Assembly: GCA_963779755.1 (NCBI GenBank)
Contig: CAVZZO010000003.1
Coordinates: 1,440,001-1,504,000 of the forward strand
Length of the DNA stretch: 64,000 bases
From: an uncultured Gemmatimonadales bacterium
Lineage (GTDB): Bacteria > Gemmatimonadota > Gemmatimonadetes > Gemmatimonadales > GWC2-71-9
Direction of reading: 5' to 3'
Shown in pieces: positions 32,299-42,363 of the stretch. The notes below the pieces were generated by a model. The model was not told the origin of the DNA. It did no database searches and worked only from the letters and a program-made list of their open reading frames with translations. Positions within the stretch are counted from its first letter, which is position 1. The number at the start of each line of letters is the position of its first letter. The position numbers were made by a program, and so were the translations under genes.

Positions 32299-32374
32299 GG
32301 CCACTGCCTGACGCAACGAGGAGTGGCTTGCATTATCAGGAGGGACCGGCGGAACGTCAAGGACGGGGGCAGAA

Positions 32375-32450
32375 CGGGAAAGGGGAACGGGAAAGGGGAA
32401 CGGGAAAGGGGAAACGGGAAATGGGAAACGGGATGGGGAACAGGGAGCAG
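32375..32450 (+). repeat. Purine-rich GGGAAAGGGGAAC tandem tract
   Basis: Seen directly. Confidence 0.7.
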
Positions 32451-32478
32451 GCTATTCCCCATTCACCATCCGCCCATT

Positions 32479-32931
32479 CTACCTGTAGATATACCCCAGC
32501 ACTCCCCCATACACCACGTGTCCCAGCAGGCTGCCGAACAGCATGTGGAGATCGCCCCGGGAAAAGAACCCGCCGCCCACCGCGGGCATGAAGACGATCT
32601 GGGCCAGGAAAAAGACCAGGACGCCGAAGAGGACGCCGCGCAGGAACGAGGCGCCCGGCAGGCGGCTGGAGAAAACGCCGGCGTAGACCAGCGCGAAGAT
32701 CACGCCGACCAGGAACGCCACCACCCAGCCGCCGAAGGCGCCGAGGGAGAGGTGCGCCGAGGTCAGCGCGATCGAGGAGCTGAGAATCTGGCCGATGGCG
32801 ATCTGCGGCAGCCCGATGGACGGCTCGATCAGCAGGAGGGCCGTCATCGTGGCGGTGGCGATCAGACCCGCGGCAACGGCGCGACCGGCGTGCATGGCTT
32901 CCCTCCGGGCCGACAGGGGTATCGCGGTCAT
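32479..32931 (-). CDS. Four-TM membrane protein
   Basis: Hydrophobic; ends LLGHVVYGGVLG. Confidence 0.75.
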   Translation of the reverse strand: MTAIPLSARREAMHAGRAVAAGLIATATMTALLLIEPSIGLPQIAIGQILSSSIALTSAHLSLGAFGGWVVAFLVGVIFALVYAGVFSSRLPGASFLRGVLFGVLVFFLAQIVFMPAVGGGFFSRGDLHMLFGSLLGHVVYGGVLGYIYR

Positions 32932-33332
32932 GGCTGGGCCATCCCGTGGCTCACGGCGTAGACGTAGGCGGCGACCAGTTTGATCTGGTCGTCGTTGATG
33001 CCGCCGGGGTGGGCCGGCATCACCGTGCCTTTGAGCCCGTTGGTCACCCGGTTGACGATCGAGGCATAGGTGCCGTCGATGTGCCGCCAGCCGGGCCCCC
33101 GCAGCGACGGGGCGATGGGGCCGCCCTTCAGCTTGTCGCCGTGGCAGGCGTGGCAGGTGCCCCGGCCATGGAAGATCTGACGGCCCTGCTCGATCATGGC
33201 CGGCGTGATCCGGGCGGAATCGGAGGCAGCGGCGGCCGTGCCGCTGTCGGCGGCCTGGGCGCGGGCGGTCTCCACGTGCAACAGGGCGAGCGCAAGGACC
33301 CCGAGGACCAGCGAAGTTGTGAAGCGCCTCAT
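32928..33332 (-). CDS. Monoheme c-type cytochrome
   Basis: Signal peptide, CHACH, distal MP. Confidence 0.9.
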   Translation of the reverse strand: MRRFTTSLVLGVLALALLHVETARAQAADSGTAAAASDSARITPAMIEQGRQIFHGRGTCHACHGDKLKGGPIAPSLRGPGWRHIDGTYASIVNRVTNGLKGTVMPAHPGGINDDQIKLVAAYVYAVSHGMAQP

Positions 33333-33758
33333 GAATGGAATAACCGTCGTGTCAGGATGATCCATTCTAGGGCCGGCGCCCCACCCGTCAAGCATGACAG
33401 TCTGTCCGGGACAAGGTGTCCGGCGATGACGGGCTGGCCGGGCCGCGAACGGACTTCCGGCCGGCGGGCCTCCGTGAGCGGGACAGATCCGGTGGTATCG
33501 ATCCACAGATTACACCGATTACGCGGATGGCTCCGAAGGGCCGGGAGCCATCTGGGTAATCTGTGGATCGGCAACCCCGGTAGAGGCGCCTGGCGCAGGC
33601 CGAACCGTGTAAGGCCCTGCACTACAGCGGTTTGCCCCCTTCCGGTCGAGGACGGCCGGAGCGGCTGCCGGCGCCCCGGCAGACGGTGCGCCCTATCGCA
33701 AACCGTCCCCGACCCATACCGTTGTACCAGAAGGACTCCCCCAAACCCAGAGGTCGTC

Positions 33759-34235
33759 ATGCGATACCCCACCCCCACCAGGTGGCTCCCGGTTCTGCTG
33801 GCCCTTGCGGTTGCCACACCGGTTGTGGCACGCGCTCAGATCGAGGAGCCGCGGATCCCGCTCCGCACCGCGATCAACGAGATCAACACCTTCCGCTCGG
33901 CGTACCAGGACGCCTACAACAAGAAGGACGTCGGCGCGCTGGTGGCCATGTACGCGCCCGACGCCGTGGTCATCTCCGGTGACGGGTCCATCGCCAAGGG
34001 CTCCGACGAAACCCGGGCCGCGCTGCAGAAGGAAATGGGCATGCTGAGCCAGATCACCATCACCTCGGATTCCATGGCGGTCTTCGGGCATACGGCGTGG
34101 GATGTGGGAACCCTGAGAGGCATGGACCCCGACGGCCATCAGCAGGTCAGCCACTACCTCGCGGTCCTGCGGCGTGGGCTGACCGAATGGCAGCTGAGCA
34201 GCGTGGCGGTGGTGCCGGTCGCAACGAAGATGTGA
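33759..34235 (+). CDS. Secreted NTF2-like (DUF4440/YybH-like) protein
   Basis: Signal peptide; AYNKKDV.AL..MYAPDAV. Confidence 0.8.
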   Translation: MRYPTPTRWLPVLLALAVATPVVARAQIEEPRIPLRTAINEINTFRSAYQDAYNKKDVGALVAMYAPDAVVISGDGSIAKGSDETRAALQKEMGMLSQITITSDSMAVFGHTAWDVGTLRGMDPDGHQQVSHYLAVLRRGLTEWQLSSVAVVPVATKM

Positions 34236-34417
34236 GCCACCGATTGCGCAGATAACACGGATGAGGGCGGTAGGCCGGCCGGCGGCGGCATGGAACAGGA
34301 TCGCGCTGCTGCCGGCCCCCTGCCCACCGGTACCGGCTGTGGATCTGTGACTCCGCAGGCAGGTTCCGCCGGCCGCTTCGATGAGACGAAGTCCGCCAAC
34401 TCAGCCCGCTTGCAGCT

Positions 34418-37387
34418 TTGTCCGATCTCCTCTCCACGCTGAGCGCCGCCCTCGCCGGCCGCTACCGCTTTGAACGGGAACTCGGCCGCGGCGGGATGGC
34501 GACCGTCTTCCTCGCCCAGGACCTGAAACACGACCGGCCGGTCGCGCTCAAGGTCCTGCACCAGGAGATCGCCGCCGCGATCGGGCCGGAGCGGTTTCTC
34601 CGCGAAATCCGCATCGCCGCCCAGCTGCAGCATCCCCACATCCTGACGCTGATCGACTCGGGTGAGGTGGCTATCGAAAGCGGCCGGGCCCCTGGGGCGC
34701 CGTACCTCTACTACACCATGCCCTTCGTGGATGGAGAGAGCGTGCGGGACCGGCTGGCCCGGGAAGGGCGGCTCTCTCCGGGGGAGACCGTGCGCATCCT
34801 CCAGGATGTGCTAGATGCGCTGGCCTGCGCCCACCGGCAGGGGATCGTCCACCGCGACATCAAGCCGGAGAACGTCATGCTCTCCGGTCGCCATGCGCTG
34901 GTCGTGGATTTCGGCGTCGCCAAGGCGGTCAGCCCCGCGACCGGTCCGGCAGCGGCGTCCCTCACCACCACCGGCCTGGCTATCGGCACACCGGCATACA
35001 TGGCGCCCGAGCAGGCGGCCGGCCAGTCCGCGGTGGACGGCCGCACCGACCTCTATGCGGTGGGAGTGCTCGCCTATGAAATGCTGACCGGTCGCCCGCC
35101 GTTCACCGGGGCGACTCCGCTCGCCATGGTCGCAGCGCACCTGAGCGACCTCCCGGCGCCGGTCTCGTCAGTCCGGCCCGACCTGCCGGTACCGCTGGCC
35201 ACGACGATCATGCGGTGTCTGGAAAAGGACCCGGCCCACCGCTGGCAGTCGACCGACGAGCTGCTGCACGAGCTCGAGTCGATCGCGACGGCGTCCGGAG
35301 GGCTGGCCGGCACCGGCGCCGCCCGGGTCGGCCGGCCGATCTGGCGCCGTCCGACCCTGCTTGCGGCCGCCCTGGCCATCCTCGTCCTCGGCGCCTGGCT
35401 CTGGACCGGGCCCCTGGCCCGCGCGCGTGACCGCCGCTGGGTGCGGGACCGCGCCATTCCGCGGCTCCTCGTCCTGGCCGATTCGGGCGACTGGGAAGCG
35501 GCCTATCAACTGGCCCGCACCGTCGACCGGCGGGCGCCGGGCGATTCCCTGTTCAACGCCCTGGTGCCGAGGTTCGCGGTGCGGTACCGGATCCGCACGG
35601 CGCCGGAAGGCGCGCGGGTCTGGCGCAAGGCCTATGGCGCGCCCGATTCCGCCTGGACCCTCCTCGGGCAGACGCCGCTCGACAGCGCCCTCGGCGCGCA
35701 GAGCGGCCCGGGCGGGCAGTTTCTTGACGCCAATCGTATCCGGATCGAGGCGCCGGGCTACCGGACCCTGGAGCTGATCGGCCTGCCGTTCGAGGACTCG
35801 GTCATCCGGCTCGATCCGGACAGCGCCATTCCACCCGGCATGGTGCGGGTCGGGGGCGGCTCGGTCGCGGCGCAGTACCCCGGGTTCGAGAACGCGGAGC
35901 CGATTCGGCTGGCCGACTACCTGATGGACCGGTTCGAGGTCACCAACCACGAGTATCAGCGATTCGTGGACAGCGGGGGCTACCGGCGCCGCGAATTCTG
36001 GCAGGAGCCGGTTGCGGTGGACGGGCGGACCATCCCCTGGGAGCAGGCGATGGCCGTGATGACCGACCGCACGGGACGCATTGGCCCGTCTACGTGGGAG
36101 GCGGGGCGCTACCCCACCGGGGCCGGGGACGAGCCGGTGGGCGGGGTCAGCTGGTACGAGGCCATGGCCTATGCCCGCTTCGCGGGGAAGTCGCTCCCCA
36201 CGGTGGTGCACTGGAACCATGCCGCCAGTGTGCGCAACAGCGCCTGGATCGTGCCGGCCAGCAATTTCTCCGGCCAAGGGGCCGTCGCGGTCGGCACGAC
36301 CGGCGGCATCAGCGCGTTCGGGACGTACGACATGGCGGGAAACGTGCGCGAGTGGTGTCTCAACGCCAGCGGATCCCAGCGGTTCATTCTGGGAGGGGGG
36401 TGGGCGGATCCGCCGTATCGATTCAACGACACCTATGCCCAGGCACCGATGGACCGCTCGCCGTTGAACGGGATTCGCCTGGTGCGGTACCCGCCATCGG
36501 ACTCGAATCTTGCCCGCGCGGCGGCCCCGATCACCCGGGAGCGGCGCGACCTGCAGCACGTGACGCCGGTGAGCGATGCGGTCTTCTCGGCCTATCGCGA
36601 GATGTACCAGTACGACCGCAAACCGCTCGACGCCCGGATCGAGGAAACGGTGGATGAGGGCGACTGGACCCGCCAACTGATACGGATGGACGCGGCCTAC
36701 GGAGGCGACAGCCTGCTGGTGTACCTCTATCTGCCGAAGCGGGGAGCCCGCCCCTTCCCGGCCATCGTCTTCTTCCCGCCGGGCATTGCGATCGTTCTGC
36801 CCACCCTGGGGCCCTCGGAGAGCCGCCATTTCGATTTCCTGCTCCGGAGCGGCCGGGCGGTGCTGTACCCGGTCTACAAGGGGACCTATCAGCGCCGAGA
36901 TTCGCTCCAGAGCGACACGCCGGACTCGACCAATTTCTATCGCGATCATGTGGTGATGTGGGCCAAGGACATGCGCCGCGGCATCGACTACCTGGAGACC
37001 CGGCCGGATATTGCTACCGACCGGCTGGCGTATTACGGCGTGAGCTGGGGCGGCGAGATGGGCGGCCTGATGCCGGCGATCGAGCCGCGGATCAGGGTCA
37101 GCGTGCTGCAGGTGGCGGGAATCAGCTTCGCGCCGGTGCGCCCGGAGGTGGATCCGGTGAACTACCTCCCCCACATCCATGCCCCCACCCTGATGATCAA
37201 CGGGCGCTACGATTTCTATTTTCCCATCGAGGCCTCACAGATCCCCATGTTCCGGCTGCTGGGCACCCCACCCGACCAGAAGCGGCACGTCATCGAAGAA
37301 GGAAGCCACTTCGTACCCCGCGTCCGGCTGATCCAGGAGACGCTGGCCTGGCTGGACAAGTACCAGCCAGTGCAAGAGCCGCATTGA
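34418..37387 (+). CDS. Ser/Thr kinase - FGE/SUMF1-like - alpha/beta hydrolase fusion (paralog of 26567-29521)
   Basis: Same motifs, collinear throughout. Confidence 0.9.
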   Translation: MSDLLSTLSAALAGRYRFERELGRGGMATVFLAQDLKHDRPVALKVLHQEIAAAIGPERFLREIRIAAQLQHPHILTLIDSGEVAIESGRAPGAPYLYYTMPFVDGESVRDRLAREGRLSPGETVRILQDVLDALACAHRQGIVHRDIKPENVMLSGRHALVVDFGVAKAVSPATGPAAASLTTTGLAIGTPAYMAPEQAAGQSAVDGRTDLYAVGVLAYEMLTGRPPFTGATPLAMVAAHLSDLPAPVSSVRPDLPVPLATTIMRCLEKDPAHRWQSTDELLHELESIATASGGLAGTGAARVGRPIWRRPTLLAAALAILVLGAWLWTGPLARARDRRWVRDRAIPRLLVLADSGDWEAAYQLARTVDRRAPGDSLFNALVPRFAVRYRIRTAPEGARVWRKAYGAPDSAWTLLGQTPLDSALGAQSGPGGQFLDANRIRIEAPGYRTLELIGLPFEDSVIRLDPDSAIPPGMVRVGGGSVAAQYPGFENAEPIRLADYLMDRFEVTNHEYQRFVDSGGYRRREFWQEPVAVDGRTIPWEQAMAVMTDRTGRIGPSTWEAGRYPTGAGDEPVGGVSWYEAMAYARFAGKSLPTVVHWNHAASVRNSAWIVPASNFSGQGAVAVGTTGGISAFGTYDMAGNVREWCLNASGSQRFILGGGWADPPYRFNDTYAQAPMDRSPLNGIRLVRYPPSDSNLARAAAPITRERRDLQHVTPVSDAVFSAYREMYQYDRKPLDARIEETVDEGDWTRQLIRMDAAYGGDSLLVYLYLPKRGARPFPAIVFFPPGIAIVLPTLGPSESRHFDFLLRSGRAVLYPVYKGTYQRRDSLQSDTPDSTNFYRDHVVMWAKDMRRGIDYLETRPDIATDRLAYYGVSWGGEMGGLMPAIEPRIRVSVLQVAGISFAPVRPEVDPVNYLPHIHAPTLMINGRYDFYFPIEASQIPMFRLLGTPPDQKRHVIEEGSHFVPRVRLIQETLAWLDKYQPVQEPH

Positions 37388-37518
37388 TCCACAGATGACG
37401 CAGATTGATCCCCTGACCGGACGGTGCGGCGCTCCCGCTTCACCCCAGTCACTCTGACCCATCGGTCTTTCATGGTCGTAGCCCGGCAGGTATCGGGGCC
37501 ATCTGTGTAATCTGTGGA

Positions 37519-38907
37519 TCAGCGCCAGATAGCCATGACTCCGTGAGTGTCGTGGCGGTTGGCGTTGCCCTCGGTCACGACAATCATCCCATTGGCCACG
37601 ATGGGGCTGTTCCAGTGGCCGCCGCCGCAGTCGAGCGTCTTGAGCAGGCGGCCGCTGGGCGCGTCGTACACGCGGAGTCCCCCCGCGGGATCGTACACCA
37701 AGAGCATGCCATCGGCCACCACGGGGCTGGTGCCGCCGTTCTCGTTGTGCCACGCCGGCTGGAGCTGCTTGCCGCTGACTGTCCAGGCGGCGGTGCCGCC
37801 CCCATCGGCCGCGAACAGCCAGGTCCTGCCGTTCTGGTGCCAGACCGCCGGGGCACTGAAGAGACGGTCGCCCGATGGCGTATCCACCGACTGAAGTTCA
37901 TGGCCTCGGTGTGGGGCCGTTCCCCGTTCCTGCGCCCACTCCAGCAGATGGATCTTTCCCGCCTTCCCCCCCTGCGCCACCAGGCCGTCACCCAGTAGCA
38001 CCGGCGAGGTGGACCCCAGGTCCACATCGGCGTCATCCAGCCGGTGGGTATCCTCCGGGGTCCAGTTTCCCAGGAGGCGCGAGGCGGCCGGGTCCAGCTC
38101 GAGTACCGCGTCGCCCCAGTGGGTCTTTCCGTCCCAGTATCCGTCGCCCGTCGCCACGAAGATGTTCCCGCTGGAGGAATCCACCACCGCGCCCGCCCGG
38201 CCCCAGATGGCGGCGCCGCTCTGGGGACACTGTGCGGGCGTGAGCAGGCCGGCCCGGTCGCTGCAGAGCGAATTCCACACATTGATGATGGTTCCGCTCG
38301 CGGCATCGAGCACCGCCACGTGTCCCTGATAGGGCGGCCGGTCGCCGATGTAGCCGCCGGTGACCGCGATGACATGCCCGCGGGAGTAGTTGAGCGACGC
38401 CGCGATCTTCTCGCGCTGCGGCAGCCGGGTGATGGCGGTACTCCAGACCTCATGGCCGTCGTCCAGCGACAGCTTGCGGATCGCTCCGTCGGGCGCCGCG
38501 GCGTAAATGTGCTGCCGGTCGGGGTCGGCCACGGGAGTAGCGTTGGTGATCCGGTAGGTGCCGGCCCAGCTCTGATAATCGGGAGGGATATAGGTCCAGA
38601 GGACGCTGTCGCCCGCCGCGTCGATTGCCTGGGTCTTGCCGTAGGTCGTGGTAACCACCAGCACGTCGCGGGACTGTCCCTTCACCCGCACCCCGGCCAG
38701 AAAGATCGGGGACGCGTCCACGGTGCCATCGAGCTGGATCTGGTGGCGCTCCAGCCCGTCGAGCCGGGCCGGGCTCAGCCCCATGGAAGCAGGGGGCGCG
38801 CTGGAGCGCTGGGCATCCCAACCGAAGCGGGTCCAGTCCCGAGCCAGCGAGACACTGTCGTGTGGAGCGAAGAGCAGCAGGAGCGAGAGCAGGAGGAAGC
38901 GAGACAT
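37519..38907 (-). CDS. Secreted PQQ-like beta-propeller protein
   Basis: Signal peptide, Trp-docking repeats, DLGSTSP. Confidence 0.8.
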   Translation of the reverse strand: MSRFLLLSLLLLFAPHDSVSLARDWTRFGWDAQRSSAPPASMGLSPARLDGLERHQIQLDGTVDASPIFLAGVRVKGQSRDVLVVTTTYGKTQAIDAAGDSVLWTYIPPDYQSWAGTYRITNATPVADPDRQHIYAAAPDGAIRKLSLDDGHEVWSTAITRLPQREKIAASLNYSRGHVIAVTGGYIGDRPPYQGHVAVLDAASGTIINVWNSLCSDRAGLLTPAQCPQSGAAIWGRAGAVVDSSSGNIFVATGDGYWDGKTHWGDAVLELDPAASRLLGNWTPEDTHRLDDADVDLGSTSPVLLGDGLVAQGGKAGKIHLLEWAQERGTAPHRGHELQSVDTPSGDRLFSAPAVWHQNGRTWLFAADGGGTAAWTVSGKQLQPAWHNENGGTSPVVADGMLLVYDPAGGLRVYDAPSGRLLKTLDCGGGHWNSPIVANGMIVVTEGNANRHDTHGVMAIWR

Positions 38908-38921
38908 AGTGGGTGTTCTCT

Positions 38922-39605
38922 TTATGTGTTCCTGGACCCGGGCGCCGTCGCAGGAGTGCCGGTTGGGCGGGCCCGGGCCGGCCGGCGAACCGCCCGGACC
39001 TTGCCCGACGCTGCGCCTCCGCAGAAGAACCGATCGGTGCCGTTGGACTCGAGACCCGAAATGAGCTGGCCGGGCGGCATCCCGATGCGCTCCAGGACCT
39101 CTCCCGATCGAGGGTCGACCCGCCTCATGTCGCTCTCGTCATCCTCCAGGGTCGCATGCCAGAGCTCGCCGTCTACCCACGTTACCCCTGTGACGAAGCG
39201 ATTGGACTCGATGGTGCGCAGGATCGCTCCCGTTTCGGGGTCCACCTGGTGGATCTTCCGGTCGCGATACTCCCCGACCCAGAGGGTCCCTTCTGCCCAC
39301 GCGAGACCCGAGTCGCCGCCACCGGCCGGCGCCGGGATAGTCGTGAGCACCTCGCCCGTTCCCGGATCGATCTTCTGGATGCGATCCTCGGCGATCTGAA
39401 ACAGGTATCGGCCGTCGAAGGCCGTCCCCGCGTGGGCCGCGACGTCGATATGCCGCACCGCCTGTCCGGTGGCCGGATCGAAGGCGTTGAGCGTATTTCC
39501 GGCGGCGAACCACACCCGTTCGCCGTCGTAGGTCACCCCATGCACCCGCTCGGTGCCGGCGAAGGGCCCGTACTCCTCGATAACCTCAGCGGGCGAGTCT
39601 TTCAT
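38922..39605 (-). CDS. Glutamine cyclotransferase/Vgb-like beta-propeller protein
   Basis: VHGVTYDG, SGLAWAEG, FVTGVTWVDG repeats. Confidence 0.75.
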   Translation of the reverse strand: MKDSPAEVIEEYGPFAGTERVHGVTYDGERVWFAAGNTLNAFDPATGQAVRHIDVAAHAGTAFDGRYLFQIAEDRIQKIDPGTGEVLTTIPAPAGGGDSGLAWAEGTLWVGEYRDRKIHQVDPETGAILRTIESNRFVTGVTWVDGELWHATLEDDESDMRRVDPRSGEVLERIGMPPGQLISGLESNGTDRFFCGGAASGKVRAVRRPARARPTGTPATAPGSRNT

Positions 39606-39614
39606 ACGGGTACG

Positions 39615-40832
39615 TTAATCAAACGGCAGCGACGCAGGGAGTAACAGGACCGTCGTGATCCCGGGGACCGGCCGGGTCACCCAGCGGCGAGCGCGGCCGC
39701 GCCCGAAGGGCTGCACCTTGCCCGAGGCGGCGAGCGCATCCAGGGCCCGCTGCACCGTGCGCTGGCTCGTTCCCAACGCGAGCGCGAGGGCCGAGCTCGA
39801 CCAGGATTCGCCGTCGGCGAGGAGGGCAAGCAGGGCGGCCGCCGCGTCTTCGGCGGGCGGCGCCAGCACGACCACTTCGCGCGCGCGGCGCGGCGCAAGG
39901 GCAAACCCCCGTTCCGTCGCGCTGATGGCCGCCCGCGTCCGGAGCAACCTGCGAAGCCGCGCGATTTCCACTCGCAACCGGGCGCGATGCGATTCATCGG
40001 TGAACTTCGCCCCGAGGGCCCGGAGGAGCCGGGCCCTCGACGCATCTCCAGGCCACGCCTCACCCAGGGCGCGCGCCAGCGCGAACAGCACCGGCCGTTT
40101 TGCGAGCGACACGACCGTGCCTCCGTCGTGCACCACCCGGCGGCAGGCATCCACGACCAACGCGTCCGATGCCAGCAATTCTTCGACTTCTTCCAGCAGG
40201 AGGAGCCGCTCCTCGCCGCCCGTAATCAGGCGCGCCGCGGGGGTGTTCAGGACGACAGCCGCGCCTGCAACCTCCGCCGCAAGAGCCGGGATACCGGCCT
40301 GGCGGGCGGCGTCCGCGGCCCGGGCCAGCGCTGCTCGCGCCGCTTTCGTCCGGAGGCGCCGCAGCGCGACCCCCGCGAGGACGAGTTCGTGGGCCGCGCG
40401 GGCGGCGGACGGACGGGACGCCTGATCGCCCTCGGCCAGCAGACGCTCCGCCTCGTCCAGGCGCCCGATCAGCAGGAGATGCCGCACCTGAAGATCCCGC
40501 GCATGCGCCGCGTTCAACCGATCACCCCGCTCTTCCAGGGTCGCCCTGGCCGAAGCGAGCGCTTTCGCCGGCCAGCCGAGATCGCGCGAGACCAGCGCGA
40601 TTTCGGCCTCGGCCACGACGCATCGCGCGCGAGCCACGGCTTCGGTCGGGCCGAAAGCGCGCCCGGCACGTCGCAACAGCGCCTTCGCCCGCGCAAGGTC
40701 GCCGAGCTGCGCCATGGCGATGCCCCGGAGCGCGAGCGCAGACGGGTCGTCCCGTAGCGCGACGCGCTTCAAGGCGCCGAGGGGATCGCCGGCCGCGAGT
40801 GCCCGCCCCGCCGCGGTGATCAGCGAATCCAT
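39615..40832 (-). CDS. Helix-turn-helix domain regulator
   Basis: MDSLITAA...; C-terminal WSSSALALALG.SQRTVQRAL. Confidence 0.8.
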   Translation of the reverse strand: MDSLITAAGRALAAGDPLGALKRVALRDDPSALALRGIAMAQLGDLARAKALLRRAGRAFGPTEAVARARCVVAEAEIALVSRDLGWPAKALASARATLEERGDRLNAAHARDLQVRHLLLIGRLDEAERLLAEGDQASRPSAARAAHELVLAGVALRRLRTKAARAALARAADAARQAGIPALAAEVAGAAVVLNTPAARLITGGEERLLLLEEVEELLASDALVVDACRRVVHDGGTVVSLAKRPVLFALARALGEAWPGDASRARLLRALGAKFTDESHRARLRVEIARLRRLLRTRAAISATERGFALAPRRAREVVVLAPPAEDAAAALLALLADGESWSSSALALALGTSQRTVQRALDALAASGKVQPFGRGRARRWVTRPVPGITTVLLLPASLPFD

Positions 40833-40937
40833 CGGAATCCCGCCAGACTTGTAACTCCCACCGTAGCGCCGTCCGGCGTTAGAGTAGGCCCGCAGTTCAC
40901 GAGCAGCCAATCCTATCGGTGGAAGGAGCCGAGAACA

Positions 40938-41771
40938 ATGACGACGCACCCGACCAAGGCAGCAGGCAGGGAACCCGGAAAAGGGCATCTCCCCGCGACC
41001 ACTCCCACGGTCCTCTCGCCGCAGGAGTGGGAGAAGGCGCTTCAGCAGATGCTCGTGAAGGAAAAGGCCATGACGCGGGCCCGCGACGCCCTGGCCGCCG
41101 AACGCCGGCGGATGCCGTGGATGCCGGTGGAGAAGAGCTACCAGTTCGACGGTCCCGGGGGCAGGGTCAGCCTGCTCGATCTGTTCGAGGGACGCCGGCA
41201 GCTGATCGTCTACCGGGCCTTCTTCGAGCCCGGCGTGCACGGCTGGCCGGAACATGCCTGCATTGGCTGTTCCCTGGGGGCCGACCAGGTCGCCCACCTG
41301 GCCCATCTGAACGCCCGCGACACGACGCTGGTGTATGCGTCTCGCGCGCCGCAGGCCGACATCGCGCGCCTGAAGGCACGGATGGGCTGGGAGATGCCGT
41401 GGTACACCATCACCGACAGCTTCGACGCCGACTTCGGGGTGGATGAATGGCACGGCCACAACGCGTTCATCCGCGACGGCGAGCGCGTGTTCCGCACTTA
41501 CTTCATCAACGGCCGCGGCGACGAGGCGATGGGCACCACCTGGAGCTACCTCGACATGACGGCGCTCGGGCGGCAGGAGACCTGGGAGGATTCGCCGGAA
41601 GGCTATCCCCAGGACCGCCCGTACAAGTGGTGGAACTGGCACGAGAGCTACTTCCCCGACGCCGCGCCCGACCCGAAGTGGGTCGCGGTATCGGACGCCG
41701 GCGAGGCCGCCTTCCGCAAGCGCGCCGCAGAGAGCACCCAGCCTTTGCCGCAAGAAGAGACCGATGGGTGA
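40938..41771 (+). CDS. DUF899 thioredoxin-like protein
   Basis: RRRMPW, LLDLFEGRRQL, CIGCS, GRQE.WEDSP.G. Confidence 0.9.
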   Translation: MTTHPTKAAGREPGKGHLPATTPTVLSPQEWEKALQQMLVKEKAMTRARDALAAERRRMPWMPVEKSYQFDGPGGRVSLLDLFEGRRQLIVYRAFFEPGVHGWPEHACIGCSLGADQVAHLAHLNARDTTLVYASRAPQADIARLKARMGWEMPWYTITDSFDADFGVDEWHGHNAFIRDGERVFRTYFINGRGDEAMGTTWSYLDMTALGRQETWEDSPEGYPQDRPYKWWNWHESYFPDAAPDPKWVAVSDAGEAAFRKRAAESTQPLPQEETDG

Positions 41772-42024
41772 CATCACGAAAAATGAACCCGCAGTGCCCG
41801 GGATAGCGGATCGGAGCGCCTTCCAGGCGGAGTTGGACGCGCTGCGGGTTCGGCTGAGCGCGGATCGGCTGCTGTCCTTCGCCGCCGCACCGACCTTCGC
41901 GGTCATGGCATACCTGACGGCCATCCACGGCGGTGGCATGCCGGACCACGGCATGTGCCTGATGTACTGGTTGATGAGCGCGTTCCACTTGGGGCCCTGG
42001 CTGAAGCTGATCTCCCGGCGCTGA
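41764..42024 (+). CDS. Small membrane protein, possibly chimeric
   Basis: AAAPTFA..MC..MSAFHL.PWLKLISRR. Confidence 0.55.
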   Translation: MGDITKNEPAVPGIADRSAFQAELDALRVRLSADRLLSFAAAPTFAVMAYLTAIHGGGMPDHGMCLMYWLMSAFHLGPWLKLISRR

Positions 42025-42135
42025 GCGGAGGGCAGCGCGGCCGCGCGCAGGCATCGTCGCTCAGCGCGGGCTGGCGGGGAGGGCCGCGGCTCCGGCCCGG
42101 TTGCTGCCCCTTGCGGCCTCGGTAGATTCCTTCCC

Positions 42136-42363
42136 ATGTCCGCTCGCCGACCTGCCCCCGCTGACCTGCCCCGGAGCCGGGGCCCGGTTCGCATTTACCG
42201 CCTGGGAGCGGAGCCCGGGGACGACCTTTCGGCGACGACCACGCCCGAGGAGCGGGTGGCACTCGTCTGGGAGCTGAGCCGGCGGCTGTGGGCCCTGACC
42301 GGCCAGCCCAGCCTCGCGGGTCCGCGCGACCAACTCCCGATCCGGGTCATTCGCCCCACGTGA
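42136..42363 (+). CDS. Small partner of nucleotidyltransferase
   Basis: TPEERVALVWELS; GTGA overlap with the next gene. Confidence 0.65.
   Translation: MSARRPAPADLPRSRGPVRIYRLGAEPGDDLSATTTPEERVALVWELSRRLWALTGQPSLAGPRDQLPIRVIRPT

Noticed and set aside
21462..37180. Long antisense ORFs (21462-23606, 27626-29320, 29098-31350, 35168-37180)
   Set aside because: They are shadows of well-supported high-GC genes on the opposite strand.
40833..42194. 859-aa version of the HTH ORF
   Set aside because: The N-terminal extension is antisense to the DUF899 gene; the real start is likely MDSLIT at 40832.
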